64,000 nt of DNA from Rhizodiscina lignyota (taxonomy: Eukaryota). Location: assembly GCA_010015805.1 (NCBI GenBank), contig ML978123.1, positions 3,162,001 to 3,226,000 on the forward strand, in the 5' to 3' direction. The notes under the pieces are model-generated. The model was not told the DNA's origin. It was given only the letters and a program-made list of their open reading frames with translations, and did no database searches. Below, in pieces: positions 34,797 to 47,180 of the stretch (positions are counted from its first letter, which is position 1; each line of letters opens with the position of its first letter). A program made the position numbers and the translations under genes.

Positions 34797-36743
34797 TCAG
34801 GTGAGTGCCGGCTTCCGACGTAAGAGACAGTATTCGCCCCATTGCCGATGGTATTTTGCTGGGATGAACGACCAATTCGGAATCCAGATCAGACGTGCTA
34901 AAACGTTGGTTCGGCCTGCATCGAGGAATTCTTCACATTTTAGTTTCTCCCAGTTGTCGGTGTCGAGTATATACGGTGGTTCGAGCTTCGACGGCGAAGC
35001 TCTCGGAAAGTACGAATCCACCATGAAGCTGCAATGCTGGATATCAGTCTGCAGATAGTCAGCATCTTGATTCATTGTCATGGCGTGAGAATCAGCATAC
35101 ATATTTCCCAGGGTCTTCCCTATTTTCATCATTCATTCCGGACGGAATCAGCCAAGCTCCGGGGTAGAAGCCAAACCCAATATTTGCTTCGCTGAACTCT
35201 CCCGGCAGGAGACCACTGAATTCACTCTTGACAAACTTGACCTTCACACCATCAGGTAGATGATAAGACGAAGGGAAGCGGTACCATTCCTTTCCGAGGC
35301 AAACGGTATTTCCTGGTTGCGACACGCCGTCCTGTTGCAGTGGACTGTATACATGGAGTGGTGCGATATACGCCGTGCTCATTCCTGCCGTGCGGAGAAG
35401 TCCCGTCGTGATTGCTGTGAGCCCAAAAGCTAGCAAGGCGGAGAACTTTAGCCACGATGGTATGCGGCGCATCAAGCTCCCTGGACTGGGGTAATGGATG
35501 TAAGACACGACAATATGAAGAGATATCGCGGCGTTTAGCGCCAAAGCCGGGTAGATGGGATACATGAACCGTTCCTCTTTGTGAGGCTGCGAGGTCATGA
35601 TGGCAAGCCATAGATAGAATGGCATGAGGAAGAAGACAGTACGAAAGACGGACTGCTTCGACGTGGGTTTCCAGAGGATGAAGTGTTGCAGCAGGAGCAA
35701 TGGCATCGAAAGAAGGGCAAGGAGAAACCAGACATTGAAATTCAGGAATAGATTGCGGATGTAGAAGTGCCACGGCTCTGTGCCATAGATGTTTGGACCT
35801 TTGCCGGAGCCACTGAAGACGTTGTAGAGGACGATGTTGAGTGGAACAGGAGCAAGCTTGCGATAGAAGAATGTATCGATGGAAACCTCAATGGCCTGAA
35901 GAACGTCAACTTACTCTGAAATTGTGCAGACTACTGATACGTGAACATACCAGCACAATTAGCGAGCGGACAGTGCCGTCTAACAGTCGTTTCACAGCGT
36001 CAACGGCATCGCCCGTCATGATGGCTACGAGAAGCTCCTCCAGGACAAACGGAAGGACCAGCGCAGACGCAAATGGCCAGCCGAGAATGCCTCCCACTCC
36101 AAACCAGAAGATGCCTTGAGCAGTTCGGGGGCCTCCTCGCCAGTCCATGAACGCCGCAAAGCCAAGCATAGTGCAGTACATTGCAAAGCTAGAGGGAAGA
36201 TACGCAACAGCAGCATGGAACATTCCAGTACTGCTGACCATCACAAACATGAAGATGACGGCGATCCTGACGCTCATTGTCCGTTGTATGACACTGAAGA
36301 GTCGCGCCTCACAGGCGGCACATGTGAGGGCCAGCACTGCACGCAGGAAGCGGAAGCCCATGAGCTTCCCACCGCCCGCGATTGGTAGCATCTGTCCAAT
36401 CTTGACAATAATGCCATGAAGGCCTGCGTATGTCCAGCTTCTGATGGCGTATTCTGGCGAGTACTCCCATGTCTGCAGTCCGTAGCCGTTTGTCAGGTAG
36501 TGCGTTGGCTCCCAGTAATTGAAGACCTCGTCGCAATCCTGGATAGGCGAGTGCAGGACAGAGACTATGTGAGCAGCGAAAAAAATGTAGAAGGCGTTTA
36601 TTGTTTGGAACCGAAAGTTTGCTTTGGCTGATGGTGGAGTGCTGGAGAAGTCAGCGTGCATGGCTGAATGAGGCTGAACGAACATTGAGGATTGCATGCA
36701 CTTACGACTGAGCCTGCCCAGCTCCTCGCTTTTCATCTGCCAT
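34797..36743 (-). CDS. ALG9: Dol-P-Man alpha-1,2-mannosyltransferase Alg9 (GT22)
   Basis: PIQDCDEVFNYWEPTHYL, QTWEYSPEYAIRSW, AYLPSSF, GWPF, YGTEPWHFY, QPHKEERFMYPIYP, GKEWYRFPSSY and MNDENRED. The start MADEKRG.. is in a short first exon ending at a GTAAGT donor; three introns. Confidence 0.94.
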
Positions 36744-36969
36744 GGCCAGTGATTCATGAAGCGAAGAAGAGTGAAGTGCCCGAGTAGAAGAGCAGTTCGC
36801 AGGTGCGGCTGTACTCCGTGTCTGTACAGATTTCCTCGGATGCGGCCCAAGCTTCCTGCAGGGGTGCGCGTCATGGGAAATTTTTGGATTTTAAGACTCG
36901 CCGTACTCCGTAACTCTTTTCTACTCCACACACCAAAACACAATTGTTTTCAACTTGCGTTAGCCCAGG

Positions 36970-39213
36970 ATGGAAGTCGACACGGAAGATTTCCCACTGT
37001 CACCATCCAAGCGTGTACGTCTACAGTCAACAGTCAATGAAATCGCCGACGCAGATGCGCAATTCGACGATACGGCCGACTTTTACGACCCCCCAGAGCA
37101 AGTGAAACTACCGTCCCCTCCTCGTACGCAGAATGTTGCAGAGGAAGATTATTTCAAGCAGTTAGGAGATGATATGGAAAGCGAGGCGAACTTGAAAGTT
37201 GAGGACAGCAACGCCGGCCAGGTTTCCAGTGGAATTGCTGTTCCAGGACACTCTCGAGAAGGCATTACCGTCATGCAGCCTGAGAGGCAAACCAGGGAAG
37301 AGAATGGATCTTCGGTCTCTCCAAATAAGGAAACGAAACAGGCCGACTCGGACCTGCAAAGAGACGTGTCACTTGGAGACTTTCCTAACAACACCGACCC
37401 ATTGGACACAAGTCAAGACAAGATGGATGTTGTGAAAGAAAAGCAACATGATGAGGTCATCAAGGGAGAGTCATTGATGGAAGAGAATGCGACTTCCAAT
37501 GTCGAGGAGAGTACGCTTCACAATCGCCATCCACCACCTCCACCACCCGTCAACATTAAATCACCGTCAGAAGGTGTGTCCACTGTAAAAATGGAATATC
37601 AAGATGGGGAGCATAACGCTGCACAATTGAGGCAAGCGGAATTCTTGGAAGCTGCGAAGCAGAATAGAGGCAGCCAGAATGCGGAATGGCAATTCGATTC
37701 CTCGGACGCCGAGTCTAGCGACGATTCCAGCGACAGCTCTGACGATTCTGACGAAGAAGATGAAAAGGAAGATGGCGAAGAACATGATGCTGAAGACGAG
37801 GAGATGCTGTTGGACCCAGCAGAGGCAGCTCGAATCCTCATGAGGGAGGATGGCGACGGTAGCGGTACTGGCTCGAGAGGTCCGATTCACAGCGCCAACG
37901 AAGTCGTCGATATGCAGTACCAGAAGCCAGACATCACCGTCACGCCCGAAATGGCCATAACTGAACTTGGTACCATCGACAACATCCTTGGCAACCTCGT
38001 GCTTATCCACGCAAACGTTTCTGGCGAATACCGAGTGCTGGAGTCCGACTCTCTTCTCTGTCTTGCAGACCGCACAGTTATTGGCGTGGTCTCAGAGACG
38101 TTGGGGAGAGTTCAAAAGCCTATCTACACTGTGGGATTCCAGAGAGAGTCGGAGATCACGGAAGCAAGCCTCACGAAAGGAACAAAGATCTTTTACGTTG
38201 ATGCGCATTCTACCTTTGTGTTCACGCAGCCTCTCCAGCATTCGAAGGGCACGGATGCCTCCAACATTCACGACGAAGAGGTGTACGGCGAAGAAATTGA
38301 GTTTTCAGACGACGAAAAAGAGGCTGAGTACAAACGACAGCAAAAACTGGAAAGGCAAGCCAAGAAGGCCGCTACACAGCAAACTGAAAGTGGTAACGAC
38401 ACGAGACACCGTCCATATGCTACGGACCGCAATGGCTATACACAGTATTCTCCGCCCGCCGCGTATCCGTCGTCTATCAACTACGATGATGAAGATGAAG
38501 AGGATGGCATGTACAAGCCACTTGCAAGACCGGATAATCTGCACCAGATGATGGGTGCTCCACCTCCACCACTTGAGCAGCGCTTCAATGTGCCCCGTCC
38601 TGGCTTTAACAATCGTGGAAGAGAGTTTCGGGGACGAGGTGGGAGAGGTAGAGGAGGGCGTGGTGGTAGGGGAGGCTTTGGCCGTGGCGATCATAGAAAT
38701 GGTGGTGGAAGAGACCGAAGGGGCAGCTTCAACTCCACCAATGGACAGCAGAACTCCAACCGTCGGGAAGACTTTAGCTCTCAGCATGGACAGCCATATG
38801 GGAATGACCGTCGCTCTCAAAGCCATGATCTTCCTGCATATCCACCGCCACCAAACTCCTGGTCCCCGAATACTCCCAATCCGTCTGCATTCAACTTCAA
38901 CGCCACTCCCCAGCAGCCCCCGTTCAACTACGGTCAGGCCCCGTCTCCAGCCGTTCCCGCCGGTTCATTCGTCAACCCAGCCTTCTTCGCACAACAAGCA
39001 CAGCAAGCAATGCAGTCTGGCGCCTTCCAATTCCCGCCGCCCCAAGGTGCGCACCCACAGATCCAAGCCGCCACAGGCGGAATGCTTCAGCAGAACTGGA
39101 GCCCGCCGCAGGCAAATGGCTCTTCATCTTCACCCATCAACGCGCCCAATGCGCAGGCAACGCAGTCGTTGCAGAGTCTCATCCAGAGCTTGACGCAGCA
39201 GCGAACAGGTTAG
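36970..39213 (+). CDS. NAF1: H/ACA snoRNP assembly factor Naf1
   Basis: Acidic/Ser tract, a Gar1/Naf1 domain (GEYRVLESDSLLC..IGVVSETLGRVQKPIY), KGTDASNIHDEEV..EFSDDEKE, an RGG box and a Pro/Gln-rich tail. Confidence 0.92.
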   Translation: MEVDTEDFPLSPSKRVRLQSTVNEIADADAQFDDTADFYDPPEQVKLPSPPRTQNVAEEDYFKQLGDDMESEANLKVEDSNAGQVSSGIAVPGHSREGITVMQPERQTREENGSSVSPNKETKQADSDLQRDVSLGDFPNNTDPLDTSQDKMDVVKEKQHDEVIKGESLMEENATSNVEESTLHNRHPPPPPPVNIKSPSEGVSTVKMEYQDGEHNAAQLRQAEFLEAAKQNRGSQNAEWQFDSSDAESSDDSSDSSDDSDEEDEKEDGEEHDAEDEEMLLDPAEAARILMREDGDGSGTGSRGPIHSANEVVDMQYQKPDITVTPEMAITELGTIDNILGNLVLIHANVSGEYRVLESDSLLCLADRTVIGVVSETLGRVQKPIYTVGFQRESEITEASLTKGTKIFYVDAHSTFVFTQPLQHSKGTDASNIHDEEVYGEEIEFSDDEKEAEYKRQQKLERQAKKAATQQTESGNDTRHRPYATDRNGYTQYSPPAAYPSSINYDDEDEEDGMYKPLARPDNLHQMMGAPPPPLEQRFNVPRPGFNNRGREFRGRGGRGRGGRGGRGGFGRGDHRNGGGRDRRGSFNSTNGQQNSNRREDFSSQHGQPYGNDRRSQSHDLPAYPPPPNSWSPNTPNPSAFNFNATPQQPPFNYGQAPSPAVPAGSFVNPAFFAQQAQQAMQSGAFQFPPPQGAHPQIQAATGGMLQQNWSPPQANGSSSSPINAPNAQATQSLQSLIQSLTQQRTG

Positions 39214-39386
39214 GACGCTTAGAAGATTAGATGATGAGTTGATGTTACTTCTCTTTAGGATATCATATGAATCTGCTGCCCACCTGGCATTACAGCAGAC
39301 GTCCTGGCATGCAACTGGAGGAGCATTTGGATTCGATGGACATTACGGATTCATGTGAAGATGAATCCTGAAGTTTCTGGGATTTG

Positions 39387-39528
39387 TTACATGCGTGTGA
39401 TAGTTGTCTTAGAGTGAGATTAATTCTCGCTCAGAGAAAGGCCAACACGATTCTCAATCTTACACGCGTGTGATAGCGAGCTTGAGGTGAAATTACTTCT
39501 CTCACAGCTGCCAACGCAGTTCTCAATC
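39387..39528. repeat. Two-copy ~73 bp imperfect tandem repeat between convergent gene ends
   Basis: TTACAyGCGTGTGATAG..GTGA.ATTA..TCT..CTCA..GCCAAC..TTCTCAATC starts at both 39387 and 39460. Confidence 0.8.
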
Positions 39529-39636
39529 GTTCAGTCATTTCGCCAGCTGCATTGAAGAAGCATTCCGTACGACGTTCCATACATACCCTGAACAATATTC
39601 ACTTCATCCAATATCCTCTTCCAGTGTCTTCCTGAT

Positions 39637-40134
39637 TTACGAAATGACCCGCAGCAGCGCTTTCAAGAAGCCCTCCTCCTTCGCCTCCCCCCGCGGAAAG
39701 GTCCTTCCCCTAGTGTGCCTCCTGAACTTCCGGAAATTGTCGAAGACATGAACAGCCTGTCCAGTGCGCCGCGCGTCGACGAGGTCGACATTGTTGACGA
39801 GAACGCCTTTTAGAGCCTAATGACGCGTATCAGCTACCGTAACCATTCTGACATGAAAAAAGAGCTCAGCCCATCACACCTTTCTACACTGCGTGATACT
39901 TTGTGGCAGTGGATCAATCCCGACTTCATTGCACAGAGCCTGCCATCCTGCCAGTTTCTCAGCGCTTGCTCCGTATTGTGTCGAGAACTCCGACTGTATT
40001 GCTCGTCCACGCTCCTGTCTCCATGTGTTGCTGCGACGCTCCCATCCTTGATGCTGAGCGAGGCGAGCGAACTCGTCGTTGAAGGAGGTGGTGGGGTCTG
40101 GAACGAACCCAGGAAAGTGAGAGAAGTAGGACAT
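39637..40134 (-). CDS. Small conserved fungal hypothetical protein
   Basis: YFSHFPGFVPDP..EFARLA..GW..EFSTQYG..KLAGWQALC.EVGI..SITQCRK|ALKGVLVNNVDLVD..FPRGEAK..LKALLR. One intron (GTGTGA..CTGAT..TAG). I recognise the pattern as a widespread unnamed fungal family. Confidence 0.75.
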
Positions 40135-40828
40135 GGCTGTGTGGAAAGGTAGTCTTCTAATCAAATATTGCAACGAACCGAAGCGATTTCCTTCAACTCA
40201 AATACTAAAAGCCATGGCTAGACTATAAATGTATTGGATATTTGCTCATTGAAAGCCTTGAATGGAAGACAATGCTTGCTAAGACGTGCTGATAGACACG
40301 GACGCGGCTACGTGCCTGTCTTGCAAACAGACAAGATGAAAGGACGGGTTTGGCGGACGGCGGCATGCTAGCGTCTGGTGTACGCGCAAGCCAAAAGGAT
40401 GATGGAATGATCGAGAAATAAGATGGAATCTCACAGAAATCAGAAAACCACTCGGCGTTGAGAATGAGACCAATTCGATGCAAAGATGTGTGACCCAATT
40501 CGGAGATTTTATTTTCGTTATGGACTGCACTCAGCTTACGGCGGAAGCAAGCAGCCCTGTCAGCATGGGTTCTACCAGTACAAACCAGATATCTTCTCTT
40601 CTGTCCCTGAGCTCTGGCTATATCGCAAAACAAATCCACAATACTGGGTATCCGGAAACCTTCGTGTCGTTGCCCCAATGGTTGTGCTCTCAGTGTCTGT
40701 CAACAAACATGATGTGAGCAATCCGGAGGAAGTGACCACGCTACGACATTTGAGATGGGTCTAAACATTCGTAACCATATGGAAGCCAGAGGACGGATAG
40801 ATGGTTTGAGGTCGAACACTACGCTGCC

Positions 40829-42373
40829 TTAGTCTGACACTTTAACCTCCGCCGCCTTTCTAAGTCTATTCATAATGGCTGCAGCCACATCACCTCTGCT
40901 CTCATCAATACCTTCTACAAAGATGACATCGACGTCCTTCCGGTCCAGTTCACGGAGTGCAGAGAAGAGGCCTCTTGCAATGTCTTCGAGGTCGTCGCCA
41001 AGATTCACCTCCCAAGCATCAACGGGATACGAGGGTCTGCCAGGAAATTCCAGAATCGTATGTGATGCTTTCGGTGGTGGATGGATTGCGAATGCGGGTA
41101 AGAATGGCACAGCATTGCCGTCCGTGCCATTAGGCGCTGGAACTGAAGAGGATGGATGATGCCCAGTGAATCCGTTTGTGAAAACGCCATTTGATAAATC
41201 GTTCTGCTCGCCATGCTCTTGGGAGACGTAGCCTAGTCCTGATGGCCATGTCCCAGCTCGAATAATGCCGATGCTCCTCTTCTCCTCCGATAGCGAGCCT
41301 CCCAGCTGCTCAACAGTTGGCATGGATGCCCCAAATTCATGCAGAATCACTGGAGCCTTTGGCGAATAATGTCGATACTTCATTCCCGGTGCTCTTGGAC
41401 CTTCTCCTATCCCATGATCTTCCCCATCACCCTCTGCTCGATCTTTGTATCCAATGACACAGTTCTCCCAGCCCGGACACTCCCGCAATTGCTCCAGGCT
41501 GATACCACCAGGCCTTAGGATTGCCGGAGGACTGCTCAGTCCATCTACAACTGTGCTTTCCACGCCTACATCGCAAGGTCCGCCATCGATTATGATCTCT
41601 ATCCTACCATCCAGATCGTCCTTGACGTGCTCAGCCGCTGTTGGAGAAGGCTTGGTAGACGCATTGGCAGAGGGAGCTGCAATGGGTCGATCGGCAAGTT
41701 GGATGAGTGCGAGAGCGAGCGCATTACGTGGTATTCGAGCGCCGAATGTGTGTAGTCCAGCAGAAACTTCTGGCGCAAGCGGCGATTGTTTCGGGAGCGG
41801 CAAGAGGATAGTGAGCGGGCCTGGCCAGAAACGCTCAATCAGCGGCGCATATATAGGCGATATCCCATCATCTGCGGTATTTGAATGCAGTTCTGCGCTA
41901 TCTGAGGCGGGGCGAAGTAACGATCGTAACTGCGCTAACGAGGCGAAATGAACGATGAGAGGGTTATCGGAAGGTCGCTGCTTGGCTTTGTAGATTCCTC
42001 GAACTGCGTCGCTTCTTGTTGCATCTGCTCCCAGGCCGTATACAGTTTCTGTTGGAAACGCGACTGGTATGTTTGATTCGCGCAATGCTGCCGCTGCAGA
42101 AGCAAGTCGCTTATAGTCTGGGCTATCACAGCTAGGTTCGAGCCGCCAATCTTCAATAGATGACAGTTGTGAGCTTGATGGGATGAATTTGCCTACTCTT
42201 AGCGGATCGACGGGTAGAATATTCGTTGTGGACGTCATGGTGGTGAGAATAATACGTGAGCTTGGTGCTGTAGGCCACACCAAGCCAGATAGCTGATGTA
42301 CGGAAATGGTACAGAAACGTTGGGATAAGACATTTGCAATGCCGAGAGACAGTTTTCTGAAAGCTTGTCGCAT
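40829..42373 (-). CDS. SUA5: Threonylcarbamoyl-AMP synthase Sua5 (alternative starts at 42373 and 42238)
   Basis: VAFPTETVYGLGADA, IYKAKQRPSDNPLIVH, FWPGPLT, AAPSANASTKPSPT, GVESTVVD, APGMKYRHYSP and AAAIMNRLRKAA. Confidence 0.95.
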   Translation of the reverse strand: MRQAFRKLSLGIANVLSQRFCTISVHQLSGLVWPTAPSSRIILTTMTSTTNILPVDPLRVGKFIPSSSQLSSIEDWRLEPSCDSPDYKRLASAAAALRESNIPVAFPTETVYGLGADATRSDAVRGIYKAKQRPSDNPLIVHFASLAQLRSLLRPASDSAELHSNTADDGISPIYAPLIERFWPGPLTILLPLPKQSPLAPEVSAGLHTFGARIPRNALALALIQLADRPIAAPSANASTKPSPTAAEHVKDDLDGRIEIIIDGGPCDVGVESTVVDGLSSPPAILRPGGISLEQLRECPGWENCVIGYKDRAEGDGEDHGIGEGPRAPGMKYRHYSPKAPVILHEFGASMPTVEQLGGSLSEEKRSIGIIRAGTWPSGLGYVSQEHGEQNDLSNGVFTNGFTGHHPSSSVPAPNGTDGNAVPFLPAFAIHPPPKASHTILEFPGRPSYPVDAWEVNLGDDLEDIARGLFSALRELDRKDVDVIFVEGIDESRGDVAAAIMNRLRKAAEVKVSD

Positions 42374-42881
42374 CAAACCATGTTCGAGTGCTGACGGGAT
42401 GGACGTCTGCCGATGATTCACAAAAATTCGTGAAGCAGAGGCTCATCCCGAATATTCGCCGGTAAGGCTGAAGTTTTTGCACCACGCACTTGGCCTCCAG
42501 GTGCACTGCAATTTTAGCTCCGTCGTAGATATATGCTTGATAGTATTGGTTGACGTATAGCTAGGAGGGATTGTTAAGACACAGCCGAATGATAAGAATA
42601 GTCCATAGGACTCATAATCGAGGAGAAGAGGGACTTTGCAGGCATCTCAGCAATAGAGGCAGAATGAAGATGTCTAGTGCGGCAAACAATTTAAAATGAA
42701 AGCACAGGTCCGTTACTCCAGCGATGTATGACATCAAGTGGGAGAAATACACATATTCAATGCATTCTCTAAGGTATTAGCTCAAGATAGAGAATATAAT
42801 CTGTATGTAATCAACAGTAAGTCTATGACAGGATAGATCGTCGACCATTTCGTCTCCATCAGAATTCAACCGAACCCATGC

Positions 42882-45800
42882 TTAGGCCGACGCTTCAGCC
42901 GTCGCCTGCCTCTCAGCGATACTTCCTCCCCTCCAAGCGTGCTTCGGATCGTGACTCTTCACTGCTTTGCTCTCCTCTCCAACCTTTCCCCAGCCACCAC
43001 CACCAGGCGTTTGCACGATGATCCTCTCACCAGGCTGCATGCTAGCCGTGTTCTTCGCTCCCATATTGATATACCTGTACTCAACCTCATGTTCACGGCC
43101 TTTCTCGTCCTTCTCCGCCGTCACCTCTACCCCATTGGTACCATTTGTAGCCACGTCGCCATGGTCAGCCATCTCATCTGTCCTCTCAACCTTGCGGACC
43201 CAGATGTTCAGGCCGCACTCTGCGTCCTCGCCACCTTCCAGACCGTAGGGGTGGTAGACTCTCCGCTCGCTGAGAATACTGACTTGCACCGGGATTCTGA
43301 ACTCGATGTCTCGGATCACGCCATCGCCTCCTGGATGTTGGCCGAGCCCTCTGCTGCCTGGACGCAGACTGAATTCTCGTAGTATAACGGGGTATCTTCG
43401 CTCAAACACCTCCGAGTCCGTGATGCGAGTGTTCGTCATGTGTGTATGGACGCCGCTGGTGCCGTCCCACGTTGGGCCTGCACCGCTGCCGCCAGAGATG
43501 GTTTCGTAGTAACCGAATCCTTTGACTTCTTCCCTCCCGGACTGGTTGCCACCGAATCCAAACGTGAGGTTGTTGGTATCGCCTTGAGAAGCAGCGCAAG
43601 CTCGGAAAGCCTTGAGGACAACGTCAGTAATGCGTTGGCTGGTCAGCACGTTGCCGCCTACGACAGCGGCTTTTTCGGATGGCGAGAGGAAGCATTTCTC
43701 GGGAATGATGACGCGAATGGGTTTGAGACATCCTTGATTGAGGGGAATGTCTTCTGAGATGAGGCAGCGGAGACAGTAAATGATGGCGGAGTATGTTACG
43801 GCTTGCGGCGCATTTGTGTTGCCTGCAATGTCTTTGTTAGATCCTTTTTAGTATTTGTGGATCCTTTCCCCTTACCATAGACTTCTGGCCCTGTTCCTGT
43901 AAAATCAAACACTGCCTCGCCTTTATCAGGCTCGATTGTGACCTTGAGTTTAATTGGACTACCATCATCCATGTAATCCACGGCCGAGAGATCTTGTCCC
44001 TTGAATCTCTCATACACATTCTTGAGCAACTTCTTCACGCTCTGCTCCGCATTGTCCTGGATGTTCTTCATGTAGAAGCGCACGACATCTTCGCCGTAGT
44101 CTTCGATCAGCGCACTAATAAGATTAATACCCTTCTGGTTCGCCGCGACCTGAGCTTTCAGATCATTCAAGTTGTCTGACAGACAGCGTGTGCCGCTGCA
44201 TCCTGGATATTGTGCGGGTTCTTTATATAGCAGATCAGTGATGCGCTTCTCGTTGAAGTTGCCTTGTGAAACTAGCTTCTCGGATTTAATCGCCGCTCCC
44301 TCCTGGAACAATTCACGGGAATGGGGAGGCATCGAACCCGGAAGAATACCGCCAATGTCTGCGTGGTGCGCTCGTGATGCAACATAAAAGACGATGTTGT
44401 CGCCGCTGAAGGCCGGAGTAATGACTGTTATGTCGGGCAAATGTGTACCACCAAACATTGGATGATTCGATACCAGAACATCCCCTCGTTTCAGGTTGCC
44501 CTTCCAGATCTCGGCTTGCTTTCTTACACAGGTAGACATACTACCCAAATGTACGGGTAAATGAGGCGCTGATATTGGATCAGCAATGACTTCCATGCGA
44601 TGCGACCAAACTCACCGTTTGCAACAAGGCCGCCATCCGAGTCAAAAAGCGCACAGGAATAATCCAAGCGCTCCTTTACGTTGGTACTGACGCTCGTCTT
44701 CTGCAACGCCCTTCCCATCTGCTCTGCAATGGCCATGAAGCGATGCGCAAAAATACTCAGCATGATCGGATCAACTTCCTTTACGTTGACTTGCTTGCCT
44801 TGAATCTCGCTCTCGCCAATGTTGATAACGACGTGGGTATTGATGATCAAAGCTGAAGCACCCGGCGTGATGATAATCGTTTGGGTGCCATCCGCAATGA
44901 TTGCAGGTCCTTTTATACGGTCACCGACTTCGAGGTCCTCCAGCCTGTATATCGCCGTGTCTTGCCTGCCTTCTTCGAAGTATACACTGCGTCTGCCGTA
45001 TAATTTATCTTCCTTGCCAAGGTCCTTGGGTTTGATTTCTTTAAGTTGCTGATCAACAGTCTTCTCAAGCCCTTCGAATGTCTTGCCGATGCCTCTTGCG
45101 CGGACATCGTCGACTATGATATCTCTGTCTGGCAGAGTGAAACCGAACTCTTGCTCGTGCTGCTTGACAAACGCCTTGCCATATGCCCATTCGTCGCCGC
45201 CATATTCTTTCTCTGCTTCTTCTTTTGAAGGCTTTACAATCATCAGCGCCGACTCGGTGCCCCGGTACCGCATGTTCAGGTACTCTTCGAAGTGGATCTG
45301 CTCTTCTGTGAAGCCTTGATCTTTCAGCGTCGCTGTGGATTTCTCCTTCAGATCGTTCATCTTTGCCTGAAGATATTGCCGCACGTCTTTGCTATCTGAC
45401 CAGACCTTGGAATCGGGCTCTTGCCGCTCATCAACAACATCAGCTAATGCCATTCCGTACGCCGAGAGAACCGACGAATATCGGTGCACCAAGATCTGAC
45501 TGATACCTAGTGCTTCGGCGATTGCCACTGCGTGCTGACCTCCTGCTCCGCCGAAAGTCGCTAATCGATGCTTTGACGTGTCGTGGCCTCGAGCTTCAGT
45601 TAGCGAGCGAATTGGCCGTGTCATTGTCTCGTTTGCGATCTTGATGAAGCCATAGGCAATTTCATCGAGTGACATTTCCTTCTCCTTGTCGCCTTGAGCG
45701 ACGTCACTGTTAATGTCCTTCGCAAGATCTTCGAATAACTTCTTGCTCGCCTCCTCATCAAGGCCTTCGTCTTCGTTCTTGCCGAAGATTTTAGGAAAGA

Positions 45801-47180
45801 AATCAGGCAGTAGACGGCCAAGGAAAAGGTTCGCATCCGTAATGGTGAGTGGTCCTCCTTTGCGATAGCAAGCTGGCCCGGGATGCGCGCTCGCTGATTC
45901 CGGTCCTACAACGAAGAGGCCGTTACGCCAGAATAGTCTCGAGCCACCACCTGCAGCGACTGTGTTGATGTCTAATTGAGGCGATTGAATGGTCACGCCA
46001 GCAGTGGTAGTTTCGAAGACGTGATCATATCGCCCAGAGCCATATCGACTTACATCGGTGCTTGTGCCACCCATATCAAAGCCAATGACAGGGATATTGG
46101 TGTTGGGATCGTACGAGGTGAGGGCATAGCCGACGACACCACCAGCAGGACCAGAGAGAATGGCTCTCAGTCCGGAAAAGCTATTCACATCTACGAGGCC
46201 ACCGTCTGACTGCATGAATTCGCATCTGGTTCCCTTTGAGCCCACCTCTTCCTTCACGCTCTCGGTGCCAAGGCCTCCTTCGAACCCTGCTGCGAACCCC
46301 GAGGTGTACTTCCGAATTGCAGGTGTCAAGTATGCGTCTGCACATGCGGAAGTTGCTCGTGGGACGAGCTTGATCATAGGCATGAGCTCGTGACTTAGAC
46401 TGACGTGGTCAAATCCCATATCTCTTGCTATCTTACCCACCAATGCCTCATGAGATGGAAATGTGTAGCCATGCATGAGACACACTGCTATACTCCGAAT
46501 GCCGTCGTCGTATAGTTCTTGCAGTTGTTTCCGTATCGTATCTTCGGAGGGCCGCTGCAATATCCGCACAGCTTCTCCTGATAATCCTCGCACAAGCTGC
46601 GCATCCTTGCCTGCCTTCTCAATTGCTTCGGCTTCGGTCTGATTCCGGTATGGATCCTCTGCGTAGTCTTCCAACGTCACGCGCTCTTCTATCTCTAGGA
46701 CTTTCCGATACAGCACATCAGGCTTGCGGATTGCTAGGTCAAAGATATTTGGTCGGCTCTGATTGCCAATCTCCAGACAGTCCTTGAAGCCCTTTGTTAC
46801 GACCATGGCGATCTTCTCACCTTTCCTCTCTAACAGTGCATTTGTTGCAACCGTGGTGCCCATGCGGATGCTCTCGATCATGGATGTGTCTAATGGCTCA
46901 CCTCGCGGTATCTCCTTGCCGGTGAACTTGGAGAGAAGGCGTCGTATGCCCTCGAGTGGAGCGTCGTCGTAGTTTTGAGGATCGACGGAGAGAAGTTTGA
47001 TCAGGACATCGTCTTCCATCTTGCCTGTGCCTGGGTTGCCGACACAGTCTGTGAATGTACCACCACGCTAGATATGCGAATTAGTGCATGTGCTATCAAT
47101 CAATGAAATGGGAGTTTAAGAAAGATGCGTACGTCAATTGCTATGCGGATTCCCCGCGCATTCTCTTCCGATTTCGCCAT
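42882..47180 (-). CDS. OXP1: ATP-dependent 5-oxoprolinase
   Basis: [98 protein letters not shown] and TPGGGG. Three introns. Confidence 0.96.

Noticed and set aside
36744..36943. ALG9 N-terminus as given in the ORF track (MCFGVW..)
   Set aside because: It reads through the promoter and first intron; the spliced start at 36743 is more plausible.
1..47180. A metabolic gene cluster (pseudouridine glycosidase, allantoinase, oxoprolinase, Jen1, OYE, DUF1772)
   Set aside because: The genes are far apart, interspersed with unrelated housekeeping genes, and there is no backbone synthase or cluster regulator.
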